Source of the DNA: Podospora anserina
Taxonomy: Eukaryota
Direction: 5' to 3'
Length of the DNA: 64,000 nt
Assembly (NCBI GenBank): GCA_017654855.1
Contig: CM030332.1
Location: 4,898,001 to 4,962,000, forward strand
Below the pieces are notes generated by a model that had not been told where the DNA came from, made no database searches, and saw only the letters and a program-made list of their open reading frames with translations. A program made the position numbers and the translations under genes. This document shows positions 1 through 10,168 of the stretch, one piece after another (the stretch's first letter is position 1; each line of letters begins with the position of its first letter).

Positions 1-812
1 AGAGTCTTTGCCACTTCTCGAGTGTGCAATTCAGTGACATCACTTGTCATGTTGAGTCCCGTGCCGGGAGGACCAGACATGCACCAAGCTTGGGTGAACG
101 GGACGCCTCTTTCTCCCCCATAGGAGGTCAGAAGAAGCGAAGTGAATGTGCCTCCAGCGCTGAGTCCAAAAGAGGTAATCTTGTCGGGATCGCCTCCAAA
201 TGCTGCAATGTTGTCCTTGACCCATTGGAAACCAGCCAGCTGATCTCGCATGCCCACGTTCATAGACTTTTGGTCTTTGAGAATGGGCAGACGAGCAAAG
301 CCAAAGATGAGAATGCGGTAGTTGAGAGCCACATAGATGACGGGCTTCTTGAGAGATGTAGCCAGCGTAAGCAAGTTTTCGGGATTGTAGTGAGGGTCGT
401 ATGCAGACCCCTTGACTACGCCGCCGCCATGAAGATGTACCACGACAGGTAGCTTGTCGTCTGCTGTTGTGCCAGCTGGTCTGGAAATGCGAAGGCTGAG
501 GCAGTCCTCACTGATGTCCGGTGTATCCGCAAAGAAGGGGGGGACACCTGCTCTGTTCTGAGGGCAAGCCGGCCCCGGCGCTGAAGCGTCCATCTCGCTG
601 CCTTCAGGGGGCACGTATGGCTGAGGGGGTGCAAACCGACGATGACCAGAGGTATCGTGAGCATACTTGATGTTCTGAAAATGCTCGATGGATCCCGATG
701 TGGTGCCTCTGTAGGTGATCTTGTTCTTGGCAATGGCCACAATAGGCTCAGCAATAGCAGAAGCCGCAGTCAAGGCCAACAAGGCCGTTTGTAATCTGGT
801 TAGTAGAGTCAT
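1..812 (-). CDS. Secreted type-B carboxylesterase/lipase (alpha/beta hydrolase), 5' part; runs off the window start
   Basis: Manual translation from ATG at 812: signal-peptide-like MTLLTRLQTALLALTAASAIA, then RRFAPPQP, SEDCLSLRI, LPVVVHLHGGG (oxyanion hole), ALNYR, WVKDNIAAFGGDPDKITSFGLSAGG (nucleophile elbow). Absent from the ORF track because it has no stop inside the window. Confidence 0.92.
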   Translation of the reverse strand, partial: MTLLTRLQTALLALTAASAIAEPIVAIAKNKITYRGTTSGSIEHFQNIKYAHDTSGHRRFAPPQPYVPPEGSEMDASAPGPACPQNRAGVPPFFADTPDISEDCLSLRISRPAGTTADDKLPVVVHLHGGGVVKGSAYDPHYNPENLLTLATSLKKPVIYVALNYRILIFGFARLPILKDQKSMNVGMRDQLAGFQWVKDNIAAFGGDPDKITSFGLSAGGTFTSLLLTSYGGERGVPFTQAWCMSGPPGTGLNMTSDVTELHTREVAKT

Positions 813-1794
813 GGCGTGAGTGAGAGGAGCTGAATCGTGTGCGGGAGGGGCCACAATGGTTCCGGCCAAGAGATGGTAAAAAAAGAACAAAGACGGCCTC
901 TGTGAAGTAGTTGATTTGGGACTTCAAAAGAAGGCTGGTGTGTGGGGGGTTGAGATGTTGAGAATATGAGTGTGGTGCTACATAGGATACCTACCAGACA
1001 TGAAGCAAATGGTTGAGGTGCGCATGAATAGGTAGGTAGGCCATCGGCAATCACGGCTTGCAGGAACCCTTCTGGCCCTGATGTGGTGTGATATCGGTAC
1101 TGGCTCGTGAACGACGATCAAAAAACAGTGGAAAACATGTTGAGGATGCCGAAGGTGAAGCTGGGATGGTTGTCCAAAGGCAAGGTACTGTGCAGGAAGC
1201 ATGCAGGGGAGCGGGGGCGGAGAAGGACCAAAGCTTCGAAGAATGTTCGACACGAACTGCTATCACGTCCGAGGGTTGCACCTTCCACCAGGTAGGGTCG
1301 CCTCATGCGCACCTCCCTGATCTGCAGGCTGCATTTTGCCAGCCAAAGAGGAAGGGACGATGCCGTCTTAATTATCCCAGCCGCCCCATTGCAACCCATT
1401 CCCCTCCATGACCCAACACCATCACCATCCCGCCTCACCTGGGTAGTTCCCCGAATGGAGACAGCTATTGACCGCGGCGACCTCAGATCTTTACTTGAAC
1501 GACATCTCAAGACCCCCCAAGCCCGAGGCTAGCTATCACTCCCACCCTACCGGGGCAATGATACAGACTTGTCTTTCAGCTGGCTCTGTGATGTAGTATC
1601 TTGAGTATGCCGGTAGTCATATGAGGGACTCGAGAGCTCTGTTTCGAGGGGCTGGAATTATCATAGTCGGTGTCGATGATGCATTTATCTATCCGGCCAT
1701 CTCACCCGTTATTTCCATCTAAATCTACTCAGCATCATCTCTTACCACCTTCCTGAACAGCTCGATCATAACAGCCTCAATTTGAGTTTCCATC

Positions 1795-3092
1795 ATGAAT
1801 GAGGCTCAATATGACAACCCTGCAGCCCTTGTGGCCGGCACAGTGATCATGCAGCTGGTGACCACCGCCTGCATAGGACTGAGATTCTACTCCAGAAGAT
1901 GGAAACGTCAAAGAATCATCACCAGCGACTGGCTTGTCCTCGCCGCTTATGTCTTTGGCACAGGCTTGAGTGTCATGATGCTCTATGGCATCTCCCAAAA
2001 AGCCATAGGATATCCCCTCGGTGGAACAATCGAAGACCCGGCTGCGGTCAACAATAGACTCAACAAGGCCAAACATGTAAGTATTTCCTCATCAAGTCCA
2101 TTTGCGAGCATGAACAACACACCAACACCACACAGATGGAGCTATCATGTCTCCTCCTCGGCATCGTCGCCCTCGGCTTGATCAAGCTCTCCATCGCCTT
2201 CCTCTACTGGCACCTTTTCGCAAAAGTTATGTTCCGCCGGTTTCTCATATTCTGGATGGTTATCCTGGTCCTCTGGATCCTCGGCTTCGTACTAGCCGGC
2301 CTCCTGGAATGCGGTACACACCTCACTGCCATCTTTGGTACTCCACAAGACTATATCGACCACTGCGGCGCTGCTATCCCTGCTGGATATGGCATGATCG
2401 GATCAGACATCCTGACTGACGTTATCACCATGTTGATTCCAATTCCTGTCATTCTGAAACTGCAGATGAACAAACGGACGAGAATACTCACTCTGCTGGT
2501 CTTCTCCATTGGTGTACTGTAAGCTTGGATCTGTTGTACTTGGCCGAAGAAGGGAACAGCATGCTGACCTAGCCTGACAACCTCCAGATGCGTCGTAGCT
2601 TCGGTCCTCAAAGCCTGGATTTACATCACCGGCTCTCTCGGTCGATGGTCAATGGATGCCATCTGTAAGCTCCGGATTTGTCGAACCTTCCTTCTAAGAA
2701 CCATTTTTTACTGACACCGCTGTGTTTAAGCCGCCCTCAGTGGTATCGCCATCTGGAATCTCGTCGAGGTCCAAGTCGGCATCGTTGCCGCCTGCGGTCC
2801 TCCCCTGCGTGCGATCATGTCACGCCTTCTGCCGATTGAAGCAGCAACTATCTCCCTCCTGTCTCTTCTGGGCGTCTCGAGGCTTTCGTCAAGCAAATCG
2901 GATACTCTTCCGAGCTTTGTCAGGAGACCTTCGAAGATTGACCCTGAGGACAATCAGGGCAGTCCCATCAAGGGAACTTCGACGAGGAGCACAAATACTG
3001 CTGTTGACCATGACGAGAACGATTTAGGCCCTTGGGATCAGCCTGTGCCTGTTGTTCGTGTGGCCTCGAAAGGGAGAGGTGGTGATGTTTGA
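1795..3092 (+). CDS. PTH11-like (fungal rhodopsin-domain) integral membrane protein without CFEM; exons 1795-2076, 2136-2518, 2588-2664, 2731-3092
   Basis: Multiple hydrophobic helices; family motifs LRFYSR..SDWLVL, IKLSIAFLY, DILTDVITMLIPIP, WNLVEVQVGIVAACGPPLR; three GT..AG introns restore the frame. Confidence 0.88.
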
Positions 3093-3334
3093 TAGGTTTC
3101 TTGCCAGGTGATGATTTGTCTTGACTGGTGTGACGTTATGTTTGTATGAGTGTTGATGATTTATACCCTTGGATATGTTCATTGGATGAACTGTTTCTGA
3201 AGTAGAATACCCGCGGTTTTCTTGATTTTTTGTACTATGCGAAAAGGGTAAAATGACGCTACTTTTGATAGTACATTTCTCATATCTTGCGTGATTCCAT
3301 ATATGGCGGTTGATCCTACAAGTATCTTACACAT

Positions 3335-5821
3335 CTACCGCATGATAGCCTGCCTGTCAAACTTCATACACTCACTGATCGCCTCCTGATCCCCCTTGAC
3401 CACAATATCGTACACCCCCATCTCCTTGGACACCTCCCCAACCCACTTGTTCAAATCCTCCGGCACGACCTGCCTCACCTTGGCTTTCCTATAAACAATC
3501 TGCTCAAACACAGCATGATTCTCCTCAACCAGCTCCTCAGGCGTCATCTCCTCTCCCGGATGCCCTTGCTTGATCAGGTCTTTCCGATAACCGTGCTTAA
3601 AGTTCTCGATAATGCGGGCCCCCTCCGTCAGACGGAGCGTGTTCCTCTTCGTCTTGACCTGCAAGGAGCCAATACCTGACATCAGCTCGACAAGAAGAGC
3701 GTCTGTAGGATGGAAGCCGAAAATGCGCCTCATTGCCCGACAAGCAACGATGGCGCCAACCCAGTCCTTGGCTTTGAACATGCTGAACAGGATCGTCCTA
3801 GGCAACTGGCCAAAGAGCTCCGGGGTGTCGAATTCCCACCTGGTCTCCACCATATCCTTGAAAAATTTCCTCGCGCTGGCGACGTCGTGCTCAGTAAAGG
3901 TGGGAATGCGCTTAATAAGCCGGTTGACAGACAACGAGTTGAACATAGTCAGGAACGTGTGCCCATCTGGCTGGACACCAATCTCATCTGCCAACCTGCT
4001 GTACAAGTTCAGCGCCTTTTTGGTTTCATTCGCCTGGGAGTACGAGCGGATGAGCTGGTTCATGAGGAAGGTTGTTGGCATAATCTCTGCTTGGTCGAGC
4101 ACCCTGAACAGCTCCTCCAGACGTTCGTGAAGCCTGCGAGAGCAGTAGTTTTCCGCGAGCAGAGAGAAAGTTTCCGCCGTTGCCCTTGTCAGGCACTTGG
4201 GCTCGACTTCGTTTTTTAGTTCTTGTTTCTCGTTTATGGCATTAGGTTTGGGATTGTAGAGTGTGATGTTGTCGTTCGCGATAGACTCTCGCTTTCGCAG
4301 TTCGACAAAGTCCAGGCGGGCTTGGATCATCTGCCATGCCACTTTGTCGGCCTTTTCCAGGTTCTCAGCGGCCCCTGACCTCATCCACGCGGCGATGAGA
4401 CCATTGAGTTGGACAGGCGCTGTGATGATGCCCTTTTGCTGCAGGTAGGTTACCACTTTGTAAGCGCCGTCGAGGTCGCCCGCTCCTATAAGTCTCTTGA
4501 GCCACTTCCCGGTGAAGAAGTGGTTGCCAACCACCATTGGTAAGCGGTCCCTTCCCCGAATATCGATCGCCTCGGAGAACATCATGTCGACAAAAGCCTG
4601 AAGGCCTTGTTCGACCGCGCCGACAGTCAGGAACGAGCCAATGATTTCATCGTAGTCCTCTATCGTCATGCTGCCTCCAAGAAGCGTGCGCATATCCTGG
4701 TAACGTTCCCATGCTTCACCGAGCATTGACTCTTTGGCTGCCAGTGCTCGTACTATGGGGATGATAATTCGAGGACTTGGTGGATGTGACGACCGGAGGA
4801 GCGTATCTGCTGCCTGCTGCGCTCGTTCAACATCTCCGTGGAGCGCGCACATCCGTACTCCGAGCTCATAGTAAGGCGTGAAAGTCTCCTTGTTTGACCC
4901 AATCGTGATGACAGCCTTTTTCCATGCATCGATAGCCTCGGTTTCCCACCCCTCAATGAACATGGCTTCAATGGCCAAGAGCTGTTGCGAGTCGCTCAAG
5001 GGTACTTTGGCAGCCTGCATATCCTTTGCCAGCACGTAAGTATGTTGCATGCGGTTGGGATTGTCACAGCTGTCAAAGGACAGGACCATAAACAGAAAGT
5101 CCCAGACCTCCCGCGGAACCTTGGCCCAGTCTAGGGCAAGTGTCTTCCGCGCTGATGAATAGAACTTCCAACACTCGGCAAGGTCCTTGTGTGAAGGCAC
5201 GCCCTTTTCCAACACCTTTTCCCGTGCGAGAAAGATGTTGAGGTCTTCCACCACCCTGTATCTTGGACCGGAAAATCCTTTAATACGAAGCACTCCATAT
5301 GTCTCACCCTCGGGTCCAACTTTGCCCTTGTACTGTGCTCGAATTGTTGTCTTGAACTGTTTCCTGAGCTGGGCAGCCTTTTCCTTCTTTCCCTCCTTTT
5401 CCATCGTGTTGATTAACTTTAACGTGTCCAGCATTCGCCTTTCAAGATCTTCGATAGAAGTGAGGACTTCATGGTCAAGCCCGGTGCTGTCCTCACTAAA
5501 CTCTTCATTGGTCTGTAAAGACTTGCGCTCGCTAGTCTTGATGTTTTCTGAGAAGTACTTGATATCGAGGTTCGACTGTGCTGCGGACCCATTGAACAAG
5601 TCCTCGGCCAACATTCGCTGGATCTCGGCGGGATCAGGGTCCTTGTCTTTTAGTTCGGTTGCCGGTTTTCTCGTTCGGGATCGAAGGCTTCTGGCCGTTG
5701 AGGCCTGTCTTGCTAGCCATTGCGGGGGTTGGTTGGTCACTGGGCGCAAGTGGGCGAGACACGATTTGCAAACATAGTTGCTCGTTCGACCAAGATCGAG
5801 GGAAAGAGTTCTAGGAGGCAT
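3335..5821 (-). CDS. Mitochondrial pentatricopeptide-repeat (PPR)-like helical-repeat protein
   Basis: Long intronless ORF; probable start MPPRTLSL at 5821 with an Arg/Ser-rich N-terminus; PPR-like segments (PTTFLMNQLIRSYSQ..KALNLY..GVQPDGHTFLTMFN; VQLNGLIAAW). Confidence 0.75.
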   Translation of the reverse strand: MPPRTLSLDLGRTSNYVCKSCLAHLRPVTNQPPQWLARQASTARSLRSRTRKPATELKDKDPDPAEIQRMLAEDLFNGSAAQSNLDIKYFSENIKTSERKSLQTNEEFSEDSTGLDHEVLTSIEDLERRMLDTLKLINTMEKEGKKEKAAQLRKQFKTTIRAQYKGKVGPEGETYGVLRIKGFSGPRYRVVEDLNIFLAREKVLEKGVPSHKDLAECWKFYSSARKTLALDWAKVPREVWDFLFMVLSFDSCDNPNRMQHTYVLAKDMQAAKVPLSDSQQLLAIEAMFIEGWETEAIDAWKKAVITIGSNKETFTPYYELGVRMCALHGDVERAQQAADTLLRSSHPPSPRIIIPIVRALAAKESMLGEAWERYQDMRTLLGGSMTIEDYDEIIGSFLTVGAVEQGLQAFVDMMFSEAIDIRGRDRLPMVVGNHFFTGKWLKRLIGAGDLDGAYKVVTYLQQKGIITAPVQLNGLIAAWMRSGAAENLEKADKVAWQMIQARLDFVELRKRESIANDNITLYNPKPNAINEKQELKNEVEPKCLTRATAETFSLLAENYCSRRLHERLEELFRVLDQAEIMPTTFLMNQLIRSYSQANETKKALNLYSRLADEIGVQPDGHTFLTMFNSLSVNRLIKRIPTFTEHDVASARKFFKDMVETRWEFDTPELFGQLPRTILFSMFKAKDWVGAIVACRAMRRIFGFHPTDALLVELMSGIGSLQVKTKRNTLRLTEGARIIENFKHGYRKDLIKQGHPGEEMTPEELVEENHAVFEQIVYRKAKVRQVVPEDLNKWVGEVSKEMGVYDIVVKGDQEAISECMKFDRQAIMR

Positions 5822-6144
5822 CGGGAAGGCGTGGCTACTTGAGAGGAACAAACAAGAAAAAAGTCTCTGGAAAGAAAAAGAATGGATTGCCTGCTTCATC
5901 CCATCAATTCGCACCGGCTCACACAGCTCCGTCACTTTTTTGGCCCCACTTTTGATCCCCGGACTGCGCCAAAATCTCTTATCGGCTCCCCAATCCCTGT
6001 CGATAAGCTCTCGGCACCTCTGACCGCCCGGCAGAAACAACCTGGACCCTCCAAAATTTTGGGAGCTTTGCGACTGGCGCATCCAAACCAATCCCCCAGG
6101 CTTTGGCCAACCGCCAATTCCTCACGCATCACCACCAGCCAAAA

Positions 6145-7374
6145 ATGGCAGACTCAAAACCTCAATTCGTCCGCCTAACAGGCCACCGCGCCTTCACCCA
6201 GCGCCTCGTCCTCGCCACCCTGTCTGGCAAACCCATCCACATCACCAAAATCCGATCCACCTCCCCAACCAACCCCGGCCTCGCCCCCCACGAAGTCTCC
6301 TTCCTCCGCCTCCTTGAAGCCGTCACCAACGGCTCCGTAATCGATGTCTCCTACAGCGGCACAACCCTCGCCTACCAACCCGGCCTCATCACCGGCAGCG
6401 TTCCCGGCGCGGGCACATTCCTCTCAAACGACCTAATAGAACACACCATCCCCGCCAACAACACCCGTGGCATCACTTACTTCCTCCTCCCGCTCGCCTT
6501 ACTAGCCCCGTTCTCAAAAGCCCATATGAATGTCCGTTTCTCTGGGCCGGGTGTCATCACTTCGTCTACCAACGCCCCAGGGGATCTCTCAATCGATACC
6601 TTCCGAACCGCCATCCTGCCATTGTACGGTCTATTCGGCATCCCCCCCGCGCGTATCGAGCTCCGAGTCCTCTCCCGTTCCTGCCCAGGGCCAGGAGGGA
6701 AGGGAGGCGGCGGTGTAGTCGAGCTTCGCTTCGCCAGCCAAGTCCGTCTTCCCAAAACCCTTCACCTGAATCGCAAACCGGGGAGGATCAGGAGGATCAG
6801 AGGAGTGGCGTACTGCACGGGTGTGTCGGCGTCGCACAACAATCGCATGATCACTTCTGCTAGAGGAGTTCTCAACCAGCTGGTGAGCGATGTTCACGTG
6901 GCGGCGCAGTATGATCCTGCGCCGTTGGTGCAGGAGAAGGGGAGCACGATGAAGAAGAAGATTGGTATTGGTTTTGGCTTGTCCCTCGTGGCGGAATCGA
7001 GCGCGGAGGGGGTTATCTATGCGGCGGACGTGGTTGCCCCTCCGGAGGGTGGTGTTGTACCCGAGGATGTCGGCACGAGATGCGCGTATCAACTGCTTGA
7101 GGTGATCGCGCAGGGAGGGTGTGTCAGTGCTGCTGCTGCGCCGACGGTATTGACGCTGATGGCTATGGGGTCAGAGGACGTGGGCAGAGTGAGATTAGGG
7201 AGGGATGTACTTGGAAGGGAAGAGACAATCGGCCTGGCAAGAGATCTGAAAGCGTTTGGCGCGGCCAGCTGGGGCATAAGAGGTGCTGATAAAGACGAAG
7301 ACGAAGCCACAGGGGAACTGATCGTTTCCGTCAAGGGTACAGGTGTGGGCAATATCGGCAGGAAGGTAGCGTGA
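6145..7374 (+). CDS. RCL1: RNA 3'-terminal phosphate cyclase-like protein (18S rRNA biogenesis)
   Basis: RLVLATLSGKPIHITKIRS..PGLAPHEVSFLRLLEAVTNGS, C-terminal SVKGTGVGN; ATG at 6145 in a CAAAAATGG context. Confidence 0.95.
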   Translation: MADSKPQFVRLTGHRAFTQRLVLATLSGKPIHITKIRSTSPTNPGLAPHEVSFLRLLEAVTNGSVIDVSYSGTTLAYQPGLITGSVPGAGTFLSNDLIEHTIPANNTRGITYFLLPLALLAPFSKAHMNVRFSGPGVITSSTNAPGDLSIDTFRTAILPLYGLFGIPPARIELRVLSRSCPGPGGKGGGGVVELRFASQVRLPKTLHLNRKPGRIRRIRGVAYCTGVSASHNNRMITSARGVLNQLVSDVHVAAQYDPAPLVQEKGSTMKKKIGIGFGLSLVAESSAEGVIYAADVVAPPEGGVVPEDVGTRCAYQLLEVIAQGGCVSAAAAPTVLTLMAMGSEDVGRVRLGRDVLGREETIGLARDLKAFGAASWGIRGADKDEDEATGELIVSVKGTGVGNIGRKVA

Positions 7375-7500
7375 TCTAGAGATGTCAATATGATACCAAA
7401 GTTCAAGTCATTCCAGAGGCGTACAAAAATAGACATGATTCTTTTCGTCAAGATGATTCAAAAATCCGCTCGCTTTTTTATTGCATTAGTTAGACATCTA

Positions 7501-8588
7501 TTATGTTGGCAATGTTGTCGCCGTTCCCGGCTGCCGCAACCTAACCAGCCTGCTCCTCCTCTCAGCCGCCAAAGCTGCAAGAGTAGCGTTATAACCAAAA
7601 CTTCGCAACGAGTACGCTGCCGTATTCTGTACCCCACTTCCCACCGTCCTGACGGCATTCACAACGTGGAAATTCCCCAGCACCGCGTTGCCAGACCGCA
7701 TGATATCTATCATGTCCACCGTTGTCGTCACAGAGGCATACGGCCCCGATCCCATCCTTTCTCGTTCGTCATTATCATTGTCATTATCTCCTTCCCTCCC
7801 AGATTGGTTGAGCGGCCGCAGTTCGATCCCTTCGTTATCCACCATAAATGTCTGGTCGCTTAGCACCCCTCTCTCTTCCGCGTCGTGGTCCTGCGCTATT
7901 GCCGGGGGGACGTCTAGTTGCGCCTCGTCGCCGGGGATGATAGTTCTCAGCGAGGGGAAGACTGCCTTTTTGAGGCGCTCGCGGTCTTGGTGGACGGCGA
8001 GCATGAGGCATTGTATGAGGAATATTGTGATGTCAATGGAGAGGAAGGTCAGTCGGGTTTTGGGCGGCTGCTGGCCGATGAAGTCGATTAGGACACCGCC
8101 CTGGAGGTATCCTCGCGTTGCTTCGCCTGCGACGGGGAGGGAGAGGACGAGGTGGAAGAGTATGCAAAAAAAAGCTGGGAGGAAGATGGCGAAGAGATGT
8201 GGACGCTGAGCAGGCAGGAGGAGGCCTTCTTTTGGGGAGAGGAAGGCGAGGTGGGGAAGGCCGCGGATTATGAGTCGGGAGAGGGAGCATCTGAGAAGGG
8301 TCATATGTCAGTTGGAGCGGGCATGGGAGTAGAGGGGATGTATTCGTACTCCATGTAGTATAGTGTGCACATATACGACCAGACCAGCATGTCGAGACTC
8401 CTCTGAAGGTGCGTCACGAACTCGAGCTTCTTGGCCAAGCCCACCCGTTGCTTATTCTTGACCTCAGAATCGCTGGACTGGCCATCGTTCCTACTGCTGG
8501 CCTCTGTCGTGGACCCTTCGGAGTGATCTGGGTCTGTGGTGTGGGTGTTGGGTCGGGCCGTGGAGCTCGAGCCCGGATCATCGTTCAT
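7501..8588 (-). CDS. DUF1746 membrane protein, Dsc4/DscD-like subunit of the Dsc E3 ligase; exons 8588-8350, 8290-7501
   Basis: Spliced LYYMECSLSRLIIR; RGYLQGGVLIDFIGQ motif; QDHDAEERG; GT..AG intron 8349-8291. Confidence 0.8.
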
Positions 8589-10168
8589 AGCTCGCCGAGG
8601 TCGAAAGCAAACAGTAATGGTACATTAATGTACGTGGTCTCCTCACATCGCTGATTCCCAATGTGACAAGACAGCCATCGGTCGTTAAAAGCGGGTAGCA
8701 AGCGACGGAGAATGTTCAAGTTGGATGCTGGGCGCAAACTGCCAAACTGATGACCTTTCAAAGTGAGCTCACGCGGCCCGCCCGTTGCAAGCGAGTGCCG
8801 GTCGCGGGGATCTTGGCTGGCTTGACATTGAAGGGTTAGGGTTAGTGGGTGTTAGAACCTGACAATCTGATGATTTAGGATACGCTGCAAACATACTACC
8901 GACAATGCTTTGAGAGCTACAAGTTGTCGAGAGTATCAATGTAGAGTTGTAGTGTATTCCAAATATCGTCAAAGGGACCAAATCTATAGGCGCCGCTGAG
9001 CGCATACTTGAACCCTGCATTTCGTGGAGAGCAAAGCAATGATGTCATAGCTTCTCCAAAACCATCCCAACTTGTATGTACTCGGTGAAAGGGGAGAGAA
9101 AATAAGCAGACGGAGAAATAAGAATATTCTGACATGCTCTTGAAAGAGCTTTTCGTCTTCTTTCTGAGCATCCAAAACTACAGTAGGTATCGTGCCAAGG
9201 GTGACTCAACCTGTCTGGTTCCGGATAGCTTCAGTCAAAGGATGTCCCCTCAATTGTCGGGGACTAGCCCCAAGTAGTGTTTTCTCGACGGGCGCCAAGA
9301 GGTGCATCCAATGCTTGTTATAGTGCCATGGGTCTCTTGACTTTTGTTTTCTCGCTGTTGTCAATTGATAGTTGATAATAGAAGCCCGTCTCAAAGGTCA
9401 AGAAGGTTGAACTCAAAGTGTAAGTGGGCATTGGCCAATCAGATATTACCCCGCTATTTGTTGAGTCTGGACTTCAACGTTGCACATTCTGACTCGCGAA
9501 GAAAATTCACCGCTCAAATTCCCCTCGATTGGGTTGAAAACAGCATTGTTGGACAGATTCAGAACGGAGCCATACATGATGATGCCTGTCTATCCAGTAT
9601 TGTGTCAGCGGCTCCCAGCACGGACCCTCGTCAAAGTAATATAGCTACATTAACCTCGACATGGTGAGATATGCCACCATCGAGATCTGCCTCGTCCGCA
9701 TACATATTTGAAAAATCAGTGTGATCACGAACCATTGACGTCCTGTCCGGCGTCGGAATAATCGCTTTTTCCCACGAGGGAATATCAAATTTTTTCCAAC
9801 CATCACCACCATCTTCTGCCGGGAACCCAAGTGACTGGCACTCCCCGGTAACGGCGTCAAACCCCAGTCTGAACAGCTGCGAGTCACCGTTCTTATCGCT
9901 TATCGCTCCCCCACCCGGGCCGATCTTTTTCTTTTTGCCCTGGGCAATCGAGATCCCACAGCGTGGCTGTTGAATTCCCATCTTTCTCGTGAACTTCCAC
10001 ATCCCCACTACAAAAATACGACCAGGCGACTGCAGCGCTGCCAATTGGCGAGACGACGACGGACGAAGTGTTGCTGCCGAACCTCCAAACTGACCCAACG
10101 AGAACCCCCCGCGCCCGTTATCGCCAAAGCCTAACCCTAGCTCTCAAGGCTCGCGATAATCCCCTAAT

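Noticed and set aside
150-167. GLSAG instead of GESAG at the esterase nucleophile elbow
   Set aside because: Still fits G-x-S-x-G with the catalytic Ser; ordinary family variation.
1088-1532. Cluster of short ORFs between the esterase and PTH11-like genes
   Set aside because: No recognisable domain or coherent splice model.
5822-6144. Upstream extensions of the PPR and RCL1 ORFs in the ORF track
   Set aside because: They begin at non-ATG codons in the short divergent promoter; better ATG starts exist at 5821 and 6145.
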